A stretch of DNA of 62,806 nt, filler included. It is 7 parts of 7 records of this genome, joined end to end, with 100 filler letters (N's around TTAATTAATTAA, not from the genome) between each part and the next. Parts side by side here need not be neighbours in the genome. Positions count along the whole stretch, not along the records: positions 30,500 to 50,256 come from SRR9188677_228; 6 more parts are not named here. One strand, given 5' to 3'. The position numbers were made by a program, and so were the translations under genes. Positions 36,331 through 46,308 of this stretch are shown piece by piece; the first letter of the stretch is position 1; the number at the start of each line of letters is the position of its first letter. The notes under the pieces are model-generated. The model saw only the letters and a list, made by a program, of their open reading frames with translations, searched no databases and had not been told where the DNA came from.

Positions 36331-36996
36331 ATGAAATATCGTATTAGCGTGATTGCTTTTGCAACCCTCAGTTTATTTTCCTGTAAAAAGGATAAAACAG
36401 AACAACCCATCAACCCCATGACTAACGTCAAAGCATATGAGGACTATACTGCAGTAAAACCGGGGAACTATTGGATATACCAGCACTATACACTCGATAG
36501 CATCAACGGTGCCGAACATGCTGAAAGCGGTTTTGACAGTTGCTACGTGGTAGCCGATACTATGATCAATGGAAAAACTTACCATCACACTATCACAAAA
36601 GATATTTCTCAAAGCTCATCGACAAGTGTGTTACATAATATTTTCAGGGACTCGCTGAGCTACGTGGTGAATCACAAAGGTGAAATACAGTTTTCGTCTG
36701 AAGACTTCTATACAGTATTCAGGTCATACACATACGGACCCAACCAAGCTACACCTGATACTATGCAGGTAACAGAAGTAATGGGCTTCAAAAACATACC
36801 TCTTACCGTACCTGCGGGCACATTTAGAACATCAAGCTTCAGGCAGATATTCAGTTATAAAAAAATAGATAAAACACAGCTCGAAAACCGCTACAGCTAT
36901 GCAAAACATATAGGTTTAGTACGCTACACCAGGGGTATATACATTTATTCCAAAGTGGTGCTTGAAAACAGACTTGCTCGGTACCGTGTGCAATAG
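36331..36996 (+). CDS. Hypothetical lipoprotein
   Basis: Lipobox LFSC-KKD; GNYWIY and TVPAGTF motifs; start at ATG 36331. Confidence 0.75.
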   Translation: MKYRISVIAFATLSLFSCKKDKTEQPINPMTNVKAYEDYTAVKPGNYWIYQHYTLDSINGAEHAESGFDSCYVVADTMINGKTYHHTITKDISQSSSTSVLHNIFRDSLSYVVNHKGEIQFSSEDFYTVFRSYTYGPNQATPDTMQVTEVMGFKNIPLTVPAGTFRTSSFRQIFSYKKIDKTQLENRYSYAKHIGLVRYTRGIYIYSKVVLENRLARYRVQ

Positions 36997-37018
36997 GCAT
37001 TAGACCGAATAAAGAACG

Positions 37019-37026
37019 TACCTTTG
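37019..37026 (+). promoter_or_regulatory. Bacteroidota -7 promoter box TAnnTTTG (also at 41776 and 43076)
   Basis: TACCTTTG 5 nt before the dbpA ATG; TAACTTTG at 41776; TACCTTTG at 43076. Confidence 0.6.
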
Positions 37027-37031
37027 CGGCG

Positions 37032-38357
37032 ATGCAAAATTTCTCTGTAGACACAATATTGTCCAACATGAAGATTGACAAGCTGAATGAAATGCAGCTT
37101 GCAGCCATGGATGCCGGACAAAAAGATAACGATATGGTACTGCTTTCTGCCACAGGCAGCGGTAAGACCATTGCATTCCTGATGCCTATTGTGGCACAGT
37201 TGGATAATAGCAATAAAAATACGCAAGCTATCATTGTTGTTCCATCTCGCGAGTTGGCGCAACAGATAGAATTGGTTTTCAAAAGCATGGGCACAGGCTA
37301 TAAATCAACCTGTTGCTATGGCGGACACAAACGTGAGATAGAAGAAAACAACCTGATAGAACCACCTGCTGTGCTTATAGGTACACCCGGCAGGTTGTGC
37401 GACCATATACGCAGAGAAAGCATCACAACAGACTCTATTACAACTATAGTACTTGACGAGTTTGATAAATCATTAGAATTAGGCTTTCAGGAAGAGATAT
37501 CATTTATCATTGAATCTCTGCCAAATATCAACAAGCGCATACTTACTTCTGCAACAGAGGCTGTAGAGATTCCTGATTTTCTGCAACTTGAAAATCCGGT
37601 AAGGCTGAACTATATAACTGAGAAGCTGACAGAATCGCTGGGTCTTGAGGTGAAAACACTTCACTCTGCAGATAAAGACAAACTGGAAGCATTGCTGGAG
37701 CTGATATGCCAGATAGGTAACCGTTCTGCAATCATCTTCTGCAACCACAGAGAATCTGTAGAGCGTACCAGCAACTGGCTTACAGATCAAGGTGTAGTGA
37801 ATGAATTTTATCATGGTGCGATGGAACAAAAGGATAGGGATAGTGCGCTGTTCAAATTCCGTAGTGGTGCTGTAGACTTTTTAGTAACAACAGATATTGC
37901 ATCACGTGGATTGGACATACCTAACATACGTTATATAGTTCACTACCACCTGCCACATACAGAAGATATATTTACCCACCGCAACGGACGTACTGCACGT
38001 ATGGACGCAAGTGGCACAGCGGTATTAATTCTATCTGAAGAAGAGAAACTGCCTTCATATCTGGATGCTGACACTGTAACAGAAATAGAAATACAAGAAG
38101 GCAACCACCTGCCTGAAAAACCAAAATGGACTGCATTGTTTATAGCAGCAGGCAAGAAGGATAAGGTGAATAAGATAGATATTGTTGGCTTCCTTTCTCA
38201 ACAGGCAGAACTAAAGAAGGAAGACATTGGCCTGATAGAAGTAAAAGATTTCTTCTCTTTTGTATCTATCAAAAAGATAAAGGCCAGCCATGCGCTGCAC
38301 CTTATAAAGGACAAGAAGATTAAGAACAAGAAAGTAAAGATTGCAATAGCAAAATAA
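37032..38357 (+). CDS. dbpA: DEAD-box RNA helicase with DbpA C-terminal domain
   Basis: ATGSGKT, DEFD, SAT, HRNGRTAR; C-terminal GKKDKVNKIDIVG. Confidence 0.85.
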   Translation: MQNFSVDTILSNMKIDKLNEMQLAAMDAGQKDNDMVLLSATGSGKTIAFLMPIVAQLDNSNKNTQAIIVVPSRELAQQIELVFKSMGTGYKSTCCYGGHKREIEENNLIEPPAVLIGTPGRLCDHIRRESITTDSITTIVLDEFDKSLELGFQEEISFIIESLPNINKRILTSATEAVEIPDFLQLENPVRLNYITEKLTESLGLEVKTLHSADKDKLEALLELICQIGNRSAIIFCNHRESVERTSNWLTDQGVVNEFYHGAMEQKDRDSALFKFRSGAVDFLVTTDIASRGLDIPNIRYIVHYHLPHTEDIFTHRNGRTARMDASGTAVLILSEEEKLPSYLDADTVTEIEIQEGNHLPEKPKWTALFIAAGKKDKVNKIDIVGFLSQQAELKKEDIGLIEVKDFFSFVSIKKIKASHALHLIKDKKIKNKKVKIAIAK

Positions 38358-38387
38358 AATAAGAGCCACCCGCGGGTGGCTCTTATT
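38358..38387. terminator. Bidirectional terminator (perfect 30-bp palindrome)
   Basis: AATAAGAGCCACCCGCGGGTGGCTCTTATT between convergent dbpA and dinB. Confidence 0.8.
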
Positions 38388-38397
38388 ATTTATGTTC

Positions 38398-38907
38398 TTA
38401 TTCAGGTTTGTATTCCCCCATTTCATCAGCACTCGGGCCATAGCTACCTGGTATAGGAATATCCAACAGGCGCAGATACACACCCAATTGCGCACGATGG
38501 TGTACCGTTTGGCAAAAGCAATGACGGATATTTTCACCAATAGGATGCTCGCTGAAAACAATATCCCCCTGGCGTATCGTCCATATACGATCAAAATCAG
38601 CTTCAGTAGCTTTTGCCAATTGGTCGTAACCTTTTTTAATGCTCTTATCCAACAGTGCAATCAGGTCTGCAGAAGAACTTACAGGCGTAGGCTTATATGG
38701 CGTAGCTGCGAAATCTATACCTTCTGTAGTTAATACCATTTCTATCCATTCAGGTATTTCAGCAATATGTGTAGCCAGCTCTTTCAATGGCATACTTTTA
38801 GGATGTGGTTTGTAATCAAATTTATCCGCAGGTACGATAGACAGGAATTTTCTTGTTGTTTCTGCTTCGTGCAGCATTTCTTTCAGCATTGATTGAATCT
38901 GTGTCAT
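38398..38907 (-). CDS. DinB/YfiT-superfamily protein
   Basis: KPHPKSM..ELATHIA; HHRAQLGVYLRLLDIPIPGSYGPSAD. Confidence 0.9.
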   Translation of the reverse strand: MTQIQSMLKEMLHEAETTRKFLSIVPADKFDYKPHPKSMPLKELATHIAEIPEWIEMVLTTEGIDFAATPYKPTPVSSSADLIALLDKSIKKGYDQLAKATEADFDRIWTIRQGDIVFSEHPIGENIRHCFCQTVHHRAQLGVYLRLLDIPIPGSYGPSADEMGEYKPE

Positions 38908-38953
38908 AGTATGTATGTGTTTTTGTTTATGATGCAAAGCAACAACCGGGTAG

Positions 38954-38969
38954 TGACAGCCCTATGTCA
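38954..38969. promoter_or_regulatory. Putative WYL-regulator operator, copy 1
   Basis: TGACA-GCCCTA-TGTCA upstream of dinB. Confidence 0.8.
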
Positions 38970-39020
38970 ACAGCTTTCAGAAATTTTTAAAAATATTTTT
39001 CGGGCTATCTTTACCGCATC

Positions 39021-39965
39021 ATGAACCGCCTCGACAGGATAACCGCCATACTCATTCAACTACAATCTAAAAAGGTTGTAAAAGCACAGGAAATAGCCGA
39101 CCGCTTCGGCATCAGCCTGCGTACGGTGTACAGAGATGTGGGATCGCTGGAAGAGGCAGGCGTGCCTATTATAGGCGAGGCCGGCGTTGGCTATAGCATT
39201 ATGGATGGCTACAGATTGCCCCCTGTTATGTTTACAAAAGAAGAGGCCATCACTTTTGTAACGGCAGAAAAGTTCATTGATAAAATGACCGACAAAGCCA
39301 CTGCCGAACAATACAAAGCTGCACTCTATAAAATAAAAGCTGTATTGCGTAGCACAGAAAAAGGCATACTGGAGGATATTGAAGGTGCCATTCATGTCTT
39401 CAAACGCAATAGTGGCCCATCGGCAGGTACGGGCAATCATATCATAGATATACTGCACAGCATCAGCCAGAAGAAGGCAGTGCGCATTATATATTATACC
39501 AATCACTCTGAAGAAGTAAATGAACGCCTGATAGAACCGGTGGGTATATATTTTGTAAACAATTACTGGCATCTGGTAGCATGGTGCCACCTGCGCAATG
39601 GCTATCGCAACTTCAGGCTCGACAGGATACAACAACTGCACAAAACTGATACATCTTTTACCATCGCTACCCCTACACTGGCAGAATACCTGAAAGAGTT
39701 CCGCGCTAAGCATAACATGACAGAAGTCTGCGTGGCTTTTGACAACAGTGAGGTGCGTTATATAAAAGAGCAGCGCCTGTACTATGGCTATGTAAGCGAA
39801 GAGAAAAAGAAAGATGTAACGGAAATGAAGTTTATGGTTGCCTATCCCGAATATCTGGGCAGCTGGCTGCTTACCTTCAAGAACAAGGCCAAGGTTCTGT
39901 ACCCGGATAGCATCAAAGACATGATGAAAAACTGGGTTAAAGAACTGAGCGAGCATTATTCTTAA
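39021..39965 (+). CDS. YafY-like HTH-WYL-WCX transcriptional regulator
   Basis: MNRLDR..ADRFGISLRTVYRD; GYRLPPVMFT; WHLVAWCHLRNGYRNFRLDRI. Confidence 0.93.
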   Translation: MNRLDRITAILIQLQSKKVVKAQEIADRFGISLRTVYRDVGSLEEAGVPIIGEAGVGYSIMDGYRLPPVMFTKEEAITFVTAEKFIDKMTDKATAEQYKAALYKIKAVLRSTEKGILEDIEGAIHVFKRNSGPSAGTGNHIIDILHSISQKKAVRIIYYTNHSEEVNERLIEPVGIYFVNNYWHLVAWCHLRNGYRNFRLDRIQQLHKTDTSFTIATPTLAEYLKEFRAKHNMTEVCVAFDNSEVRYIKEQRLYYGYVSEEKKKDVTEMKFMVAYPEYLGSWLLTFKNKAKVLYPDSIKDMMKNWVKELSEHYS

Positions 39966-39982
39966 AATTTATTTCCTGCTAC

Positions 39983-39998
39983 TGACATAAGGCTGTCA
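39983..39998. promoter_or_regulatory. Putative WYL-regulator operator, copy 2
   Basis: TGACA-TAAGGC-TGTCA upstream of the GyrI-like gene. Confidence 0.8.
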
Positions 39999-40037
39999 CT
40001 ACCCCATCGTTGTTTTGCACCATAAACAAAGAGACTT

Positions 40038-40493
40038 ATGGAAATCAAAACACAAACACCGGTAAAAGTACTATCAGCCACCATTCAGACATCTTTAAAC
40101 GGCATTCAGAAAGATACTGGCACTATACCAGAGCAGTTGTACGAAGTAGCAGGAAAAGCCGGCTTGATACCCGCAGGCGGGCAGATATGGCGCTATCTGG
40201 GTGCAGATGGCAACAAGGACAAAATCTTTACGCTCGAAATGGGATTGCCTGTAAACGGCATGCCAGTTGGCAGCACAAATGGTTATACCATTAGCGAAAC
40301 ACCCGCGTTCAAATATATTTCAACCATCCATAAAGGCACTTGGGAAAACCTGTACGAAACATATGGCCGTGTAATAGGAGAACTGCGTGCTGCCGGTCAT
40401 AACATGACGCAGGAGTGCAGAGAAGTATATACTGTAGTGGATATGGAGAACCCTACAAACAACGTAACAGAAGTGCAGATAGGTGTACAGTAA
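40038..40493 (+). CDS. GyrI-like small-molecule-binding protein
   Basis: STIHKGTWENLYETY; CREVY; NVTEVQIG. Confidence 0.85.
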   Translation: MEIKTQTPVKVLSATIQTSLNGIQKDTGTIPEQLYEVAGKAGLIPAGGQIWRYLGADGNKDKIFTLEMGLPVNGMPVGSTNGYTISETPAFKYISTIHKGTWENLYETYGRVIGELRAAGHNMTQECREVYTVVDMENPTNNVTEVQIGVQ

Positions 40494-40636
40494 AAAAAAT
40501 TCATGAAAACTATGCGTTGCAAAACCATACGGATGATATGCCGTGGTAGTTTCTGCTGGCTATTCTGTACAGTAGGCTACTTTATTGGCGGGATATACAG
40601 GCAATAGCTTGTATACTTTAAGCCCGTTTTTTGTTT

Positions 40637-40666
40637 ATGCCCCGACAATAGTTATTGCCGGGGCAT
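40637..40666. terminator. Hairpin terminator between convergent genes
   Basis: ATGCCCCGACAATA-GT-TATTGCCGGGGCAT followed by TTTA. Confidence 0.65.
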
Positions 40667-40682
40667 TTTATTATTCAGCTTG

Positions 40683-41678
40683 TTATTGTTTTACGATGCG
40701 CTGTTGCATAGTACCATCATTGTTTTTGCATTGCAGCATGTAAACACCTGCAGGTAGTGCACTCATATCTATATTGTTAGTGCCTTGCTGTAGTGTACCG
40801 CGCACGTTCACATTAGCGCCGTTCATCGCGGTAACTGTATATGCAGTGTTTGCAGCATTTTTGCTTATCACCCTTATATAGTCTGTACAAACTGTATTCA
40901 GCACTTTAATGCCGTCCAGCTCTTTAGCATAGTTACCAATACTTGTGCCCGGAGGCGTGAAACGATATACAGTACCGTTTGCAGGGTACGACACAAGCCC
41001 TCCTGATATGGAGAACAGACTGCTTGTACTATCAAGTACCGGCGAAGACGAGCTGCCATCCAAATAGTACAACTTGTCTATTGAACCGTTTGAAGGGTCT
41101 ATATTTTTCATAAAACCAATAATTGGCCCGCTACCTATATAAAAATAGTCCGTAGCGTGTGAAATATTTGACGGCCCGAAACGAAGCTCTACGATGTTTG
41201 ATGTTTCGTAATACCATATCTGAAAATTCACAGAGTCGTTGTTTGTTGCATATACGTCCCATTCATCCCAAAAGCCTGCATTCGCAATTTCCATTTTGAA
41301 AATTCTGCTACCTGCACTACCACTTGTAGTATAACGTATAGGCGATTGAGAGGACGAACCACCTGCATTACCACGGTCGTGCAGATCAGCATCACAAGTA
41401 AAGAAGCCTGATACCACTGTACCATCTGTATCGCTTGCAGCAAAAGAACCCGAAACCAGACTGAAATGTGAAATAGTATAGGAACCTAATTTGAAGTTGA
41501 AACCAAGCGGAACTTTGTAGTTCTCTTCATCCCACATGGTAGTACCGTTTACAGAGGTGCCACCAGTCAGCGGGGTGTAGGTATCTGTAGTTACAGACAA
41601 ATTGTACCCGAGTTGTGCTTTAGCACTTTGGGTAAATAGCGTGCCGAGAAAAGTAAGGGCGAATAAAAACTTTGTCAT
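40683..41678 (-). CDS. T9SS type-A sorting-domain protein of unknown function
   Basis: Signal peptide; C-terminal IDMSALPAGVYMLQ...RIVKQ. Confidence 0.8.
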   Translation of the reverse strand: MTKFLFALTFLGTLFTQSAKAQLGYNLSVTTDTYTPLTGGTSVNGTTMWDEENYKVPLGFNFKLGSYTISHFSLVSGSFAASDTDGTVVSGFFTCDADLHDRGNAGGSSSQSPIRYTTSGSAGSRIFKMEIANAGFWDEWDVYATNNDSVNFQIWYYETSNIVELRFGPSNISHATDYFYIGSGPIIGFMKNIDPSNGSIDKLYYLDGSSSSPVLDSTSSLFSISGGLVSYPANGTVYRFTPPGTSIGNYAKELDGIKVLNTVCTDYIRVISKNAANTAYTVTAMNGANVNVRGTLQQGTNNIDMSALPAGVYMLQCKNNDGTMQQRIVKQ

Positions 41679-41831
41679 ATTGAGGTTTTGAGTGGAACGT
41701 GCAAGATGAGGTTTATGTTACACACCATACGTTAAAGAACCCTTAAAATGGCATCTTCTTCTGATATGTTTAGACTAACTTTGGCAATTACAATACTGTT
41801 GTTTAGCCAACAGTTAAAAAAAACTAACAAA

Positions 41832-43052
41832 TTGAATTTTACGGATTTTAGATTTGATGATGATTTGATGGATGGCATTGAGTCGATGGGATATAAAACT
41901 GCTACGCCTGTGCAGGCTGCAGTAATACCGCATATACTTGATGGCAAGGACATAATAGCCGCTGCGCAAACAGGCACAGGTAAAACTGCAGCCTTTCTGC
42001 TTCCGTTGATACAAAATATACTCTGGCATACTAACAATGACAATCAGGTGAATGCGATGGTAATAGTACCAACGCGCGAACTAGCGGTGCAGATAGTACA
42101 GATATTAGAAGGTGTTTCTTACTACACACCCATCAGCTGTATAGCAGTATATGGTGGTGGTAGCGGAGATTCTTTCGCTATAGAAAAGAAAGCCCTGTCT
42201 CATGGTGTAGACGTAGTGGTATGCACACCCGGGCGTATGATATCTCACCTGAACATGGGATATGTAAAAATGCAATCACTGAAATATCTGGTACTTGACG
42301 AGGCAGACCGCATGCTGGATATGGGCTTTTACGAAGACATCGTGAAGATTATATCGCACGCACCAAAGGAAAGGCAAAACCTGATGTTCTCTGCGACGAT
42401 GCCACCTGCTATACGCAAACTGGCAAATACTATCCTGAAAAACCCGGAAGAGATAAACATTGCCATCTCTCGCCCGCCCGATAAGATGAAACAAGGTGTT
42501 TTCCTTGTGCATGATGAGCAGAAGATACCACTGGTAAAACACATACTGAAAGAGAATGAGTATAACAGTGTACTGATATTCTGCAGCAGTAAGCAAAACG
42601 TAAAGCAACTGACCAAAGACCTGCGCAAGCAGAAACTACCGGCCAATGAAATCCACTCTGACCTGGAACAGGATCAACGAGAGCAGGTATTAATAGACTT
42701 CCGTAGTAAACAGCTGAAGATACTTGTAGCTACAGATATACTAAGCCGTGGTATAGATATTGAGGATATAGATCTGGTTATTAACTACGACGTACCGCAC
42801 GAAGGTGAAGATTACATACACCGGATCGGGCGCACGGCACGTGCTGCATCTACAGGCACTGCCTATACCTTTATCAATGACAAAGAGCAATTCAAATTTC
42901 ATAAAATAGAGGAACTGCTGGGGCGCCCTGTAGAGAGATTGCCTGTTCCTGCTGAACTGGGGCCAACACCTGAGCCCAAACAAGACTTCCGCAAGCCGGG
43001 CGGAAACAGGAACAAGAAACGTTATGACAAGTTTAAGCGAAAACCGAGCTAA
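41832..43052 (+). CDS. DEAD-box RNA helicase (RhlE-like)
   Basis: [28 protein letters not shown]; probable TTG start at 41832. Confidence 0.93.
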   Translation: MNFTDFRFDDDLMDGIESMGYKTATPVQAAVIPHILDGKDIIAAAQTGTGKTAAFLLPLIQNILWHTNNDNQVNAMVIVPTRELAVQIVQILEGVSYYTPISCIAVYGGGSGDSFAIEKKALSHGVDVVVCTPGRMISHLNMGYVKMQSLKYLVLDEADRMLDMGFYEDIVKIISHAPKERQNLMFSATMPPAIRKLANTILKNPEEINIAISRPPDKMKQGVFLVHDEQKIPLVKHILKENEYNSVLIFCSSKQNVKQLTKDLRKQKLPANEIHSDLEQDQREQVLIDFRSKQLKILVATDILSRGIDIEDIDLVINYDVPHEGEDYIHRIGRTARAASTGTAYTFINDKEQFKFHKIEELLGRPVERLPVPAELGPTPEPKQDFRKPGGNRNKKRYDKFKRKPS

Positions 43053-43153
43053 AAACCCATTAAATATATAAACCCTACCTTTGCACCATATTTAATCGCT
43101 GACTTCCTGCCTTATTATTTTTAATCAGTACGTAGCCGGCTACAATTTTTACA

Positions 43154-44443
43154 ATGACATTTAAAGAATTACATCTGATAGCGCCCTTGTTGGACGCATT
43201 GGAATCTGAGGGTTATACCCATCCAACACCGATACAGGAACAATCTATCCCAATAGTATTACAGAAGAAAGACCTGCTTGGCTGTGCACAAACAGGTACC
43301 GGCAAAACAGCCGCATTCGCGTTGCCTATTCTGCAACTGATGAGCGAACCGCCGATAGACAATAGCCATAAAGTAATCAAAACACTGATACTTACCCCTA
43401 CCCGCGAACTGGCAATACAGATTGGCGAAAGCTTTGCTGCATATGGCAAACACCTGCGACTGAAACATCTGGTAATATTTGGCGGTGTACCACAGGGAGC
43501 ACAAGTAAAAGCATTGCGTGCAGGTGTTGACATATTGATTGCAACACCGGGCAGATTGCTGGATCTGATAGACCAGAAATTTATAAGCCTCAGCCATATC
43601 AAAATATTTGTGCTGGACGAAGCAGACCGCATGCTGGATATGGGCTTTATACATGACGTCAAGAAAACGGTGGCTAAGCTGCCTGCTAAACGTCAATCGC
43701 TGTTCTTCTCTGCTACTATGCCGCCGGAAATACAGACGCTGGCAAATACCATACTGGTAAGCCCGGAGAAGGTAGAAGTAACACCAGTATCGAGCACTGC
43801 AGAAAAAATAGACCAGTATATACTTTATGTAGACAAGAAAGATAAGCGCAAGCTGCTTTCGTTCATCATAAAGAACGATAAGAATATTGACAGAGTATTG
43901 GTCTTTACCCGTACCAAACATGGTGCAGACAAAGTGGTGAAGGAGCTGTATAAAGACGGCATACACGCAGAAGCGATACACGGCAACAAATCGCAAAATG
44001 CAAGACAACGTGCACTGAACAATTTTAAAACGGGCGAAATAAAAGTACTGCTTGCTACAGATATTGCAGCGCGTGGTATTGATATTGATTTACTGTCTCA
44101 CGTTATCAACTACGATCTGCCAGAGGTTGCAGAAACGTATGTACACCGCATAGGCCGCACCGGCCGTGCAGGTGCAGCAGGTATAGCATTTTCTTTCTGC
44201 GATGATGAAGAGAAAGATGATTTGAAAGCTATTCAGAAACTGATTGGCAAACAAATACCTGTTATTGAAAATCACCCGTTCCCTGCCAGCACTTCAAATG
44301 TTGTGAAGATTAATCTGCCTAAGAACAAAGACGTTGTTAAACGTCCGAATGCTATTCAGAATAACACACCAAATAAGAAGCGTTTCGGCAAAAGCAACAA
44401 CAACAAAGCCAATACCAACAAACCAAAGCAAGACCGCTGGTAG
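43154..44443 (+). CDS. DEAD-box RNA helicase (RhlE-like)
   Basis: [29 protein letters not shown]. Confidence 0.95.
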   Translation: MTFKELHLIAPLLDALESEGYTHPTPIQEQSIPIVLQKKDLLGCAQTGTGKTAAFALPILQLMSEPPIDNSHKVIKTLILTPTRELAIQIGESFAAYGKHLRLKHLVIFGGVPQGAQVKALRAGVDILIATPGRLLDLIDQKFISLSHIKIFVLDEADRMLDMGFIHDVKKTVAKLPAKRQSLFFSATMPPEIQTLANTILVSPEKVEVTPVSSTAEKIDQYILYVDKKDKRKLLSFIIKNDKNIDRVLVFTRTKHGADKVVKELYKDGIHAEAIHGNKSQNARQRALNNFKTGEIKVLLATDIAARGIDIDLLSHVINYDLPEVAETYVHRIGRTGRAGAAGIAFSFCDDEEKDDLKAIQKLIGKQIPVIENHPFPASTSNVVKINLPKNKDVVKRPNAIQNNTPNKKRFGKSNNNKANTNKPKQDRW

Positions 44444-44445
44444 TA

Positions 44446-45465
44446 CTATAGCTCTTTCATAATAGCTGTGAAGCCATCAATATCTTGTTTGGTAGTATCG
44501 AAACTGCACATAAGGCGCGACTCATTAGTCGCGTCTTTCCATATATAGAAAGGATACGCATCCTGCAGTGGTTTATTCCATTCTCGTGGTAGCTCTGCAA
44601 ATACAGCATTTGCCTGTACAGGTTTTGTAACACGCACTTGCGGGAATGCAGATAATGATGCAGATAGATACTGTGCCATAGCATTGGCATGCAATGCATG
44701 TTTGCGCCACGTTTCACCTTGCAGCATAGCTTCGAACTGAGCAGCTATAAAGCGTGTTTTGGATGCAAGCTGCATGCTTTGTTTGTGCTTGTAGGCTATG
44801 TACTTTTTTAGCTCGGCATTAAATACCACAACCGCCTCGCCAAACATCATACCTGCTTTGGTACCACCTAATGAAAGTATATCTATACCTGTATCGGTCA
44901 CTACATCTTTAAAACCACAACCCAATGATGCAGTAGCATTGAAGAAGCGTGAACCATCTACATGCACAAACAAATCATTATCATGTGCCAATGTTGCAAG
45001 TGCTTTTATTTCATCAATAGCATATACCGTACCGTATTCTGTAGACTGTGTGAGCGATAGCAGTTTTGTTTGCGCATAGTGTATGTCACCTTTGCGTATC
45101 AGGCGCTGTTGTATTACCTCTGGTGTCAGTTTACCATTTTCGTTTGATGCCAGTGGAAAGAAACGACAACCTGTAAAAGTTTCAGGAGCTGCAGACTCAT
45201 CGTTGTAGATATGCGATATATCGGCACACAATACAGAATTATACGACTGTGTAGCACTACTGATGCTCAGTACATTTGCACCTGTACCATTGAAGACAAA
45301 ATAGACATCTACATCTGCACCAAACACATCGCAAAACAATTTGCGGGTGCGTGCTGTAATATCATCGGCACCGTACGAACGTGCATGTTCGTTATTGGCA
45401 AGTTGCAATGCTTCCATCACTTCGGGCAGTACACCCGCATAATTATCGCTGGCAAAAGATTTCAT
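44446..45465 (-). CDS. ltaE: Low-specificity L-threonine aldolase family PLP enzyme
   Basis: FASDN, FNGTGAN, HVDGSR, GGTK (PLP Lys), QLASK.RF. Confidence 0.88.
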   Translation of the reverse strand: MKSFASDNYAGVLPEVMEALQLANNEHARSYGADDITARTRKLFCDVFGADVDVYFVFNGTGANVLSISSATQSYNSVLCADISHIYNDESAAPETFTGCRFFPLASNENGKLTPEVIQQRLIRKGDIHYAQTKLLSLTQSTEYGTVYAIDEIKALATLAHDNDLFVHVDGSRFFNATASLGCGFKDVVTDTGIDILSLGGTKAGMMFGEAVVVFNAELKKYIAYKHKQSMQLASKTRFIAAQFEAMLQGETWRKHALHANAMAQYLSASLSAFPQVRVTKPVQANAVFAELPREWNKPLQDAYPFYIWKDATNESRLMCSFDTTKQDIDGFTAIMKEL

Positions 45466-45528
45466 CTGATAAATGCTAAGAGCGTTAAAGATAACCCGTA
45501 ATCAGAAAAACTTCTATTTTGCATTGTC

Positions 45529-46179
45529 ATGAAACGCCTGATAACTGCCTACACTTCCTTCAACCGTACCGAGCGTATGGGTATAGTAGCATTATTGGCT
45601 ATTATCCTGATACTTATTATCACCAAAACCACCATGCACCTGTGGGTGAAGCCCGATGTAAATGAGGCCGAACAAAAAGCGCTATTAGCTAAGTGGGAAA
45701 CCCATCAACAAACTACAACCACAACAAAACAAGAAGCCTACACGTCGGTCAATAACTATCGGGATACATCAACAACATTCACACCCAAACTATTTCCTTT
45801 CGACCCGAATACGGTTACCGAACATCAACTAATAGAACTCGGGCTGCAACCCAAAACTATTTCCATCTTCCTCAACTGGCGCAGCAAGGGCAAGCATTTC
45901 TACAAAAAAGAAGATTTCAAGCCGCTCTATACCCTCAGCGAGGCTGAATATGAACGGCTGGCACCCTACATTACCATAAAAGTGACACGACTGAACCTCA
46001 ATACGGCAGATTCAGCATCGCTGGTGGCACTGCCGGGCATAGGCGCAAAACTGGCCCACAAGATATTAGAGTACAGAAAAGAGATTGGTAGCTATACCAG
46101 CGTAGAGCAACTGAGAGACGTTTACCACTTCCCCGATAGTACAATTAAGCTGCTGAAAGAACAGCTGACGGTCAATTAA
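45529..46179 (+). CDS. ComEA-like helix-hairpin-helix DNA-binding protein
   Basis: N-terminal TM; FDPNT; LNLNTAD..LPGIG..A.KI..YR. Confidence 0.85.
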   Translation: MKRLITAYTSFNRTERMGIVALLAIILILIITKTTMHLWVKPDVNEAEQKALLAKWETHQQTTTTTKQEAYTSVNNYRDTSTTFTPKLFPFDPNTVTEHQLIELGLQPKTISIFLNWRSKGKHFYKKEDFKPLYTLSEAEYERLAPYITIKVTRLNLNTADSASLVALPGIGAKLAHKILEYRKEIGSYTSVEQLRDVYHFPDSTIKLLKEQLTVN

Positions 46180-46308
46180 ATATAAAATATATCTATTTGT
46201 ATAATTCTTTTTGTAGAATAGTTGCGAAATACCCTACAAACCTGCATGTTCGAATTGATGATTGGCGAAAAAAGTCGTAAAATTGCGCTTCGATTTACCG
46301 AGTAATAT

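Noticed and set aside
30500-36996. Integrative element or prophage downstream of tRNA-Pro
   Set aside because: No integrase, phage gene or duplicated tRNA 3' end was found in the contig.
39060-39956. 298-aa antisense ORF over the WYL gene (and 249 aa over the 43154 helicase)
   Set aside because: No recognisable motifs; fully antisense to confident genes.
38948-40004. 22-bp inverted repeats flanking the WYL gene as IS or transposon ends
   Set aside because: The enclosed gene is a regulator, not a transposase. The repeats are internally palindromic and sit at a fixed distance from promoter boxes, which fits operators.
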